Source: Protoeuglena noctilucae
Lineage: Eukaryota
Direction: 5' to 3'
Assembly (NCBI GenBank): GCA_958009085.1
Contig: OY253671.1
Span: 744,001-808,000 of the forward strand
DNA: 64,000 bases
In this document: in pieces, positions 1 to 9,499 of the stretch
How the letters are laid out: every line of letters starts with the position of its first letter
Numbering within the stretch: position 1 is the first letter of the stretch
Notes under the pieces: model-generated
Told to the model about the DNA's origin: nothing
Seen by the model: the letters and a program-made list of their open reading frames with translations, nothing else
Databases searched by the model: none
Made by a program: the position numbers and the translations under genes

Positions 1-1120
1 CATCAAGCGCGAGGGGCTGGGCCTGTCTAAGTGAGAGGCTCGAGGCGCGCCACGCCTGACGTGCGCCGAGCATGCGGTCGAGTACATCACGCGAACCCAC
101 CTGCTCCTTGGTCGCACTGCAGGCTCGACGTGAGCTTCGGGGACGACTTTGCCCCGGCAGCCCTCTCGGGCATGGACGTCAAGGCCCTCCATGTCTTCCT
201 CTCCAAGCTGGGATACAAGCTGACGTTTGGGGAGTGCCAGGTTAGACGACAGTACCCTTGCCGATGTGATTTGCCGCCCCCCCATTCACGCCGTTGATCG
301 CCTTGCCGCCTGGTCCCCGCCACGCAGCAGCTCTTTTCGCGTCTGGACGTCAACGAGGACGGAGCGCTGTCGGAAATGGAGGTCCGCCTGAGTCTCTTTC
401 CATGGGACCGGGTGAGACCCTCGTGACCCTCCGCCACGACGTCCCGTGCCACGTGTCTTGGCCAAGTGCTGTCAGGTCAGCGTGCTTCCCTGCTACCCGC
501 AGGTGTTCCGATCGGAGCTCTGGGAAGTCTACGTGGACCGTGCGTTCGACATCCTCGACGAGAACCGTAACGGGACCGTCAGCATCGACAAGGTGGTCTC
601 GGTCATGGCCAGCATGCTGCAGCGGACGGGGGCGGGCAACTCGCACTTTGACGAGTTTGGATGGGAGCATGAGGGGGAGGGCGGGGAGAGGTCGCTGGTG
701 GAGCGGGCAAGAGACATGCTGCGGTGAGGAGGGTAGCGTTGGACGGGTAGGGGACCCTTGAGACCCTACCCGATCGCCAGAGGCACCCACACGTGCTCTG
801 CCGCCCGCAGGGAGGTGGGGTCCGACGCGTCTGGCAACTGGCGCCTGACGCGGCACGACTTCCACCGGGCACTGACGCCCGTGGACATGGTCGACGACCT
901 CGTGGGCTACGACCACCGCAAGGCCATCGCCATGCCAGGCGCGGGCGTCCTGGCGACCCCCGACGCAGCGCCGATGGCCACACGGGACGTGGCGCCCTCA
1001 GGCGACGAAAGCGACAGCACCCAGGAAGCGGGACCCGACTGGCCCATGTGGTCGTCTTTTGACTACACCGGGGACGCCGACTACCTCCTCACGCAGACGA
1101 ATGTGGCCCGCGGCGACTGA
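1..1120 (+). CDS. 3' part of a multi-exon EF-hand calcium-binding protein (CDPK-like C-terminal region); 5' end lies outside the window
   Basis: Spliced exons give EF-hand loops LFSRLDVNEDGALSEME and RAFDILDENRNGTVSID. GT..AG introns; TGA at 1118-1120. Confidence 0.6.
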
Positions 1121-1293
1121 AGGCCAGCCCAGGGGTGCGCGCCTCCCAGTCCCACTTTTCCGTTCGTTCGTTTCAGTGCCGGCGGCCAGTTGATCGCCGC
1201 GACAGTCATCGCACCTTCAGGCCCCAGAACCGGCCAGTAAGTCTTAGCTGTAGCGCCTGCCCATGTCTAGCCCTCCCTCTTTGGCCAATCTGC

Positions 1294-1963
1294 CTAGGCC
1301 TGGATCAATCCCTCCAGCTTCCGCATATGAGCGATGCGGTCCTGGATGCCGGCGACCAACGCGTGTCCCTCCAGCACGCTCGTCACCCTGTTGGTACAAC
1401 AATAGTGCATGAGAGTGCTGTGACGTCGGCCACGTCACGCGGGATGCTCCAAGCTAATGGCTCACCAGTCGCGGAAGGCCCTTGCAGCCGGGGACACGGC
1501 GGACACGGACGGGCTCTTAAACTCGTCCAGGTCGGCGTATTTGGCCGCCTTGGCAACCTGTTTGGGTTTGAGCTGCGCGATGTCGAACTCTCTGCACTGC
1601 TTTAGGAACGTCCAGTCACTGAGCGCCATCATCGCCGTCTTCCAGTCCTCCTTGCGCCCATGCAGCGCCATGACCGCGTTCAGCACAGCGCGGAGGGCTG
1701 CGCTGGGGTTCGCGTAGGACTTCATCTCGCTGATCTCCGCCTTGGTCAGGTTCTGGAGCGCCTCGGCTGCCTTCGATTGCATCTCAGCGACACGACTCAT
1801 GACGGGCTCGATCTCCGCACGGATGGCGTCGCGCTCCGCCACCAGCGCGGCCTTCTGCGCACAGGTGACATGCGTTGGGCCTGAGGGACCCAGGCAGAGG
1901 GCAGAGCGGGAGGAAAGCATTGCCATTGCAGAGATCTCGAGTATTGGCACTCACGTCCGCCAT
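1294..1963 (-). CDS. Stand-alone dynein heavy-chain stalk tip / microtubule-binding domain (MTBD) protein, ~163 aa, 3 exons
   Basis: Exons 1963-1955 (MAD), 1854-1466 and 1387-1294 join in frame through GT-AG introns. AEALQNLTKAEISEMKSYANPSAALRAVLNAVMAL..WKTAMMAL..FLKQCREFD..VSPAARAFRDWV follows the dynein MTBD consensus (AL..L.K.DI.E.KSY..PP..V..V..AV..L..W..A...L...F...L..FD..VS.AA..L..WV). Confidence 0.8.
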
Positions 1964-2129
1964 CGCGACCGCTGTTTCACTCGTCCCTCCAAGGGGGCGT
2001 CTGTTAGGCCTACCAAAAGCTGGGTCGGTTGACTGAGGGAAAGTAATTGCGCTTCCCTGCTTCAGTCCGTGCAGTGGTCTCGCATCAGCCGTGCAGGAAG
2101 CGTGCGAAGGCTCTGAATACGCGCAGGGC

Positions 2130-2153
2130 CAGTCTGACCTTCAGTCTGACCTT
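2130..2153. repeat. Perfect tandem duplication of the 12-mer CAGTCTGACCTT in the divergent intergenic region
   Basis: Copies at 2130-2141 and 2142-2153, read directly from the sequence. Confidence 0.9.
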
Positions 2154-2292
2154 GTCAATCACCATTCTGGCAGATCAGACCGGACTGAGCGACAAATAGC
2201 CTCCAGGCGGCTTTAATTATGGCAGAAGGCTACGGTAGAGGCTTGGCGTCGCCCGTTCGTCCGTTGCACGGGCATGGGGACAAGCTGGGCGC

Positions 2293-5200
2293 ATGGGCTG
2301 CGGTGCGAGCCGGCGCGTCGCGCCGCTTGTGGTCGAGGTCGACCCTGGCGTGCTCCATCTGCTCGTGGTGAGCTTGCTTAATCGTTTGCCGGCCCGCGCA
2401 CGCAACAGCATGCAAGCCGCATGCGCCAGCATGCAAGTTCGTCTACTCGCCTCGTTTACTGAGCGGGACTCGCTTGTTTCTTCCACGACAGGACGCGAGG
2501 CTTGTGACGAACATGACTGTGTTAACCGCACTATCGGCCAGCGGCGCAACGGTCTATCGCCTGCGCGAGTTCCACGCGTCTGGGCGCCTCCGAGCTCTCC
2601 TCCGCGACCTGGGCATCCAATCGGAGATGGCGCTGGCCGCCATCGAAGAACAACTCGACATGGCTGGTACCGACGACGTCAAGAAGCCGCCTAAGGCGCC
2701 GCGGGCTGCGGAGCTGAGAGCCGAAGCGGTCCCGTTGGCACTCCCCACAGCTCCCGCAGCCCACAGCGAGGTCGCCGCTGGCGAGGTGGCCGCGGGCGAA
2801 GCGGTGATTTCAGTGCGCAACGATGGCTCCAAGAAGATGGCGGCATCTCGCGCGACGTGGCGCCAGGAGGCCGCAAGGGTGACGTCGCAAGTGATGCACC
2901 GAGTGGCAGACACGAAGGGCCAGGTCCAGGACGGCGCAGACATGCCGGGTCAGGCTCAGGACACGCTGGCTCCCCTCTCGGACGTGCTCAGCGCTTCGGG
3001 CGTCGCGGAGAGTCTGCAGGGTTTGATCCAGGTGAGCTGGCAGGCCCGACAGCACACTGCTGGCCAGTCGCATGTCGTTTGGCCGTGTAGCTTATTTCCA
3101 ACAACCTGGTCTCGACTGGCCCGCGCAGTCCAACACGCTGTTTAAGGACGTACAGGACGTGCTCCTCTCCGCGGCGTCGCACGTGCTGCAGTCCCTAGAG
3201 CACGCGCCCCTGGTGGCGCCCATCGCCAAGCTGACGTCCAACATCCTCGCAGGCGTCGCCCAGGTGAGAGCGGGCAGTTATTGTGAACGCGCGCACGTGG
3301 GCGAGTCTCACCAAGTACTATAACGCCTCTTGCGACCGTCCTCGCCAAGCACTCTCACGCTCCCTGCGACTGCCCTTGCAGGCCATGGAGGTCAAGGCGG
3401 TGCTGGGCGACTTCGCTGCGATGGTGCGCACTGTGACGGGGGTGCTCGTGAAGGCCTACCGCGTCCTGGACAGCAAGGGAGAGGCCCTGCGCGACCTCCA
3501 CGGCGTCCTGCAAGAAGCGGAGGAGCTGGTGGGGCAGGTCCGCAACCGCACGTGGGTGTGGCGGTTCCTGCGGGCGGGGAAGGACATCGACGGCATCAAG
3601 GGCCTCGGGGACAAGCTGATGGGCGCCGTGCACCTGCTGACGGCGGACACTGCGCTGGAGTCCGCGGCGGACATCAAGGACGTCCAGGCCCGCCTGGCGC
3701 GCATCATGGAGGAGGGGTGCCTTGCGTCGCAGCAGGAGCTGCGGGCGTCGCTGGCGGCGGCGGCGGGGGTCAGCGACGCGGGGTCGCTGACAGAGGAGCA
3801 GGTGGCGAGGGTCGTGGCGGACCCCCAGGCGATGGCGAGGGTGTTCCAGTCGCTCTCCGCGGGGGAGAAGGTGATCGTGGCGCAGGTGCAGAGGGAGGGC
3901 GCCGAGGTGCGGGCCGCCGTGGCCGTGGTCGCCTCCCGCATCGACCTGCTGATGGAGCAACTGGTGGACATGCTGCCGCCGGAGGTGCGGCGGCTGCCGG
4001 AGCGCCTGCGGGAGCTCTGGGCGGGGGAGGCCGGGATGGAGCTGTCGGGGCCGTCCGTGGCGTGGAGTGTCTTCGCCGAGGTTCTGCCGGACCTGCCCTG
4101 CGCGGAGGGGCTGCGGGAGTGGGCGGCGAGCCACCTCCGCGTGGCACTGGAGGCATTCCTGGACGCCGTCGCGCGGCCCGCACTGGCGCCGGACGGCACC
4201 CTGACCGCCGTCAGCGTGCACGTGCTGGCCAAGCGGGCGCAGCTGGCGCACAAAGTGCCCAAGGACGCAGTGGACGTGCGGATGTGCTTCCTGTTCCTGG
4301 AGGCGGGGGCAAAGGCAAGGGGGGACCGGGCACCGCGGAAGGACCTCTCACGCGCCGCGCCCAGCCGGCGTGGTATGGCGGCCGTCGGGGCGACCGTCCT
4401 GGCGTCGCGCGTCGCCGGGGCCGGTGATGCCAAGGGCGACGGCGCTGGTGGTCTGCCCGGTTCCACTGACGGTGCCATACTGAGCGCCTCGGAACGAGCC
4501 GAGCTGTATGCGGCCCTGGCCCCTTGCGACTTTGCGGGGGACGCCTTTGCACGGAGCACCGGGTACATGGAAGGGACGCGGGCGTGGCTGCAGGAAGAGG
4601 TGGTTTCGTGGGCCCATGCGCCGCCCTCTGGGACCAACAGCTCCATGTTCCTCCTCATGTCGCTGCCGGGCATGGGCAAGACGGCCGTGAGTGCTTCCCG
4701 CCCGTCTGCGTGCACCAGCATATATGATCTGAGTCGATCGCTCTCGTAGCAACCTCTTTCGCGGTCTCCGCAGTTCGCGGCGCACGTCGCCGAGGAGCTC
4801 ATGGCGGAGGACGCTCTGGCCGCGGGGCACTTCTGCCGAGCGGGGGATGCCCTGCGGTCGGACCCTCGCGCCGTCGTCGACAGCCTCGCCTACCAGGTAC
4901 GCTGCAACTGCGCTGGCCGCTTGCTGCTTTCCTGGGACAATCAATCGCATGTTTCATGTCACGACGTGGACGTGTCGCGAACTGTGCGCCCATCTAACTT
5001 TTACTTCCGCCGCAGGTGGCTCTCTCGGTCCCCGGCGCAGGGTCCCTCATCCACGCGGCGCTCAGGGGCCTCCCCGAGAACGCCACGCCGTCGCAGGCGT
5101 GCTCCAGGTGAGCCGCAGCGCCGTCTATTGATGATCAAGCGCTCTCTCCGCTTCATGGCGAGTCTCGCAGGACCAGCGTAGCACAGCGACGCCCTGCGCC

Positions 5201-8200
5201 CTGCGCCCGTGCCCGCAGCTTGCTCGTGGAGACTCTGGCATCTGCGCCGGTCCCTGCCAAGCCGATGGTGGTCATCATCGACGCTCTGGACGAGGCTGGC
5301 GCTACTGCGGCCGCCAACGGCCTCCTGTCCCTGGTTGCTGGGGAGTTGACCAAGCTCCCTGCCTGGGTCAAGCTGCTGGTGCGTCTGGGGACGGGTGCAG
5401 TGACTCGCATGCGCTAGTGTTGTGCTTGACACCTATGCCCGCCGACTGGTGGCTGGGATGGGTGGCTGCCCATCGGCAGCTGCCAACGCTGAGCCACGAT
5501 TGGTGTCCTGGCCCGCAGGTCACCACGCGCCCCGAGCCCTTCATCGTGAGTCGTCTGTCGGCCTTCGCGCCCGTCGTGTTGGCCCCGGACGAGCGTCGCA
5601 ACCGCGAGGACGTCCGGGCGTTCATCGAGGGGTCTCTGCGCAGGGACGGACTCACCGAGGAGGAGCGGGCGGGCGCGGCAGCCGCCATCCAGGAGCGCAG
5701 CGAGGGCGTGTTCGCGTACGTCGCCTCGGTGGTGCGCATGGTGCAGGAGGGCGGCAGCCTCGGCAAAGTGACGGTCGGGCAGCTACCAACGGGCCACAGG
5801 GCGCTCTACACGGCGTACCTGGACCGACAGGCGAGTGACACTGTTGAGCCCGTCGCGCCGGGCGTGTGGGCGCTTTCGATGCCGCGCGCGCTGCCCCCTG
5901 TGACGCGTGCCAGTCGCACCGCTCCTGTGCGCAGTTTGGATCGGGTGCGCTGGGCGAGACGGAGTGCCGCGTGGTGCGGAGCTGCCTTCTCCCGGCCATC
6001 TGCGTCGCCCGGGAGCCGCTGAGCCCCGGAGACCTCGCGAGGATTGCCCAGGCGTGGGCCAGCCAGCCGGGCTCGCTGGGAGCGCTCTCGGAGGCCCAGG
6101 CGCGGCAAGCGGTCACTGCTCTGGGCTCGCTGTTCCCCATCGGGACTGACGGGCTCGTGCGCCCCTTCCACAAGTGAGTGACGAGCAGAGGCAGACCGCA
6201 GCTGGGAACGAGTCGTGAAACACTTGGCAGGAACGAGACCTGTGATTTGTGAGCTCTCTCAACACCGACCGTGCATCACTTTCACCCTCTCAGGTCTGTG
6301 GTGGACTGGCTGCTGGAGGACTCGTCTTCTCACTGGCACGTCACGTTGGCGCAGGGTCACCTGGCGCACGCTTGCGCATGGGCCCCGCTCCTCTCGGCGC
6401 TCTCCGCACGGACGGCCGCCGAGGGGCCACCCACCGCGCCCGGGTATGCCCTGCGCCATGGGCTGTTCCACGTCCGATGCGGGGACGTCTTTATCCAATC
6501 AGACGACGGCTGTGTGGCAGACGAGGCTCTCGGCACAGGCGCACAGGCTTGGCCCATGTGGGACAGCCTGAGCGCCCTGTGCTCCTCGATGGCCCTCGCG
6601 CAGGCAATGGCGGTGGAGGAAGAGCTGGGGGAGCTGGTGAAGGAGGTGATGGTGGCAGCAGAGCTGCTGGCGAGGGTCGGGAGGGGCGTGGAGGCGGTGG
6701 TGGAGATGCAGGGGTTTTTAAGGGCCTTCTCCCGCATCCTTCTCGAGGCGCCCCTGGCAGTCGGGGACGTGGCGGCGCTGTCACCTGTGGGGTCCCACCC
6801 GCACCTGGCACACGCCGCGCTGGGCGGCGGGCCACTGATGCGCGTGGCACGTGGGATGGACCGCTTCCCAGAGAGCCTGGCGCTGACGGGCCACGAGGGC
6901 AACGTGTCCGCCGTGGCGTTCGCCTGGGACGGCGCGGTGGCCGTCACGGGCGCGCACGACAAGTCGGTGCGGTCGTGGCGCGTGGCCACGGGGGCGCCGT
7001 GGCAGACGTTTTCTGGGTACATGGGCCGCATCACCAGCTGCGTGCTGCTGCCTGGGACGCGCGTCGGCTGCGTGGGGTCCAGCAACATCCGGACGCTGCG
7101 GGTGTGGGACTGGGCGACGGGGCAGCTCGTGCATTCGCTAGAGCGGGACACCCACACGCCCTCGCTGAGCCCGGGGTCGCTGGCCCCGCTGGGCCACGTG
7201 CTGGCGTCGGCGGGGATGGAAGGGCGCACGCTAGTGTGGGACGTGGACGCCGGGGCGCTCCTGGCCACGCTGGAGGGGCACATGGGGCCCGTCTCGTGCC
7301 TGGCGTGGGTGGTGGGGCAGGACGAGGCCAGGCGGGCGTTTGCGGCGGGGCGCGCCCCGGAAGGGCCCTTGCTGCTCGCGACGGGGGCGGAGGATGCGAC
7401 GGTGCGGGTCTATGACGCGGTCGCCGGTGCGGCCGTGGCAGTGCTGGGGGGGCACCACGGCCAGGCCATCACGTGCCTGCTGACGTCTGCAAACGGCGCC
7501 ACGCTCGTCTCCGCATCCCTGGACGGCACGGCCGCGGTGTGGGACCTATCGCCACCCGCGACCTTCAACAAGCAACGCACGGTGCGGCAGGGAGCGCCCG
7601 TGCGGGCTGCCGACCTGCACGCGGCCGGGGTCGTTCTGGGACTGGGTGACTCGACTGGCAACGTCACGCTGTGGGACGTGCAGACCGGGGAGCGGCTGGC
7701 GGACCTGACCGGGCACGGGGACGTGGTGTCTGGGGTGGCGTTCGTGCCATTTCCTGGGACGTCGGTGGTCACGTCCGGGTGGGACGGCTCCGTGCGCATG
7801 CACGCCGTGCCTGGCGGTGAGCTGCTCCAGGAACTCGACGTCGGCTCTGATCCCGTCCTCTGCCTCACCCTGGGGCCATTCTCGGAGGGGAGGGGTGTCC
7901 TGGTCGGGTGCGGCACGGCAGATGGCGCCGTGCGCGTGTGGGGCCCCGTGCCCGAGCGACCGGCGGCTGGGGCGGCTGCGGGGGGCCGCCGGGGTCCCGT
8001 GGTGGTTCTTGCTGTTTCTGAGGATGGGGCGCTCATTGTCACGGGGCACGAGGCGGACAGGGACGAGGGCGGGGCTGTGGCGGTGTGGGACGTGGCGACG
8101 GGGCGGGGGGTGACACCCGGGCGGCACGAGTCCAATGTCCGGGCCGCGGCGTTTGCGGCAAATGGCGACGCGATCGCGTCAGGGGGCGAAGACGAGACCG

Positions 8201-9201
8201 TCTGCCTGTGGCGCCTGGCAGACCAGGGGAGCGGGGGGCGTGCCTGGGAGGCCGCGGCGTGCGTGGCGCTGGGGGCAGAGGTGGCGCAGGTGTTGTGGGG
8301 CCCTGGGCCGTTCGTGGAGGCGATGATAGCCGCCGCCACTGATGACAGGAGGGTGCACCTGGTGCGGGGTGCGTCCGGGGAGGTGCTGTGGGCGAGCGCG
8401 GCGCTGGGCGGGCTCATCGGCTCCCTCCGGTGGGCGCTCGGCGGTGCCGCATTGCTGCCCGTCGCGTCGGGGGACTCGTCGCCCATGCCCCTGCTGGACG
8501 GGCGGACGGGCCAGGCAGCCGCGCTCTTCTCGGCCCACACCGACCGCGTGCAGTGCGTGGCTGTGTCGGACGACGGCGGATGGGCGGCGACGGGGAGCTC
8601 CGATCGGTCGGTGCGTGTGTGGCGGCTGGCGCAGGACGGAGAGGGCGGGGCACCGACGGCGGGGCTGGCGTGCACACTCGAGGGCCACTCCCACTTGGTG
8701 TTCGCGCTCGCCTTCGCCCCCGGCCGCACCGATTTGCTCGCTTCCGGGTCTTTCGATTCAACAGCCATGGTCTGGGACGCGTGGCGGGGCGTGGCTGTCG
8801 CGCCGGCCCTCGCCTGCGCTGGCCCCGTGGGCTCGCTCGCCTTCTCCCCTGACGGCGCGCTGCTGGCCACGGCGGGCAGCCCCGGCAGCGACGCCACCAA
8901 CGAGGGCCGCGTGCGCGTCTGGCGGGTCGCCACCGGAGACCTCCTCGGCGTCGTTGATCTGCAGTGCCCATGCTTCCTCACCCCCATCCGCAACGCTCCT
9001 AATCCGGGGCCGGGAGGAGCCCCGGGCGCCGGCCGGTGGCTCCGAGTGCACGGGACCACCAACGCCCGGCACCTCGGCGTCATTCACTTCCAGTTCCGTG
9101 GTCCCGGCCCCCTGCGACCGGAGGCCTCTGCCCTGGCACGCGCCGCCACCATTGCGGCGGGGGAGGCGGCTGCAGTGATTGTGGAGATTGAGGCAAACTA
9201 G
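2293..9201 (+). CDS. NLR-like STAND protein: MGCGAS N-terminus, MLKL/MCA-like helical bundle, NACHT NTPase, WD40 repeats (~1,950 aa, 10 exons)
   Basis: Exons 2293-2367, 2492-3031, 3129-3263, 3382-4686, 4774-4896, 5016-5107, 5219-5378, 5519-5830, 5935-6173 and 6294-9201 splice in frame. NACHT motifs: EGTRAWL, SLPGMGKTA (Walker A), HFCR..DPRAVVDSLAYQV, MVVIIDALDE (Walker B), LPAWVKLLVTTRPE, SEGVFAY, VAREPL, PFHKSVVDWL. Many GH..V..D..VRVW WD40 repeats in the last exon. Confidence 0.9.
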
Positions 9202-9499
9202 CTGATAGAGGCTGTTAGAGTCTGCGGTGCGACCACATTTGCCCTCATAGATCCGCTGCTCGCCTGTGCCTGTGCCTGTGACCTTGACTGACGGTGGTTG
9301 CTACTGCATGGTGCTCATTGCGTCCACTTTGACTATATCACTCTTTTGTAGGTCATTGTGAGGCTCACTTGAATCATTGTATCATATCACATATCGCCCT
9401 CTCATCACGCGCTATCACATGTCAACTTCGGCGGCTCCTCCCCATCCTTGCACCCTATGCCGCTGCCGTTTGCTATTGTTTGATAGATGATACCTAACT

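Noticed and set aside
3456..9083. Long antisense ORFs (3456-4802, 7410-9083) opposite the NLR-like gene
   Set aside because: Shadow ORFs expected from high-GC codon usage; no domain-like content.
6294..9201. HET-E-style highly conserved internal WD40 repeats (hypervariable repeat shuffling)
   Set aside because: The repeats are strongly diverged from each other; no near-identical ~126-bp units are visible.
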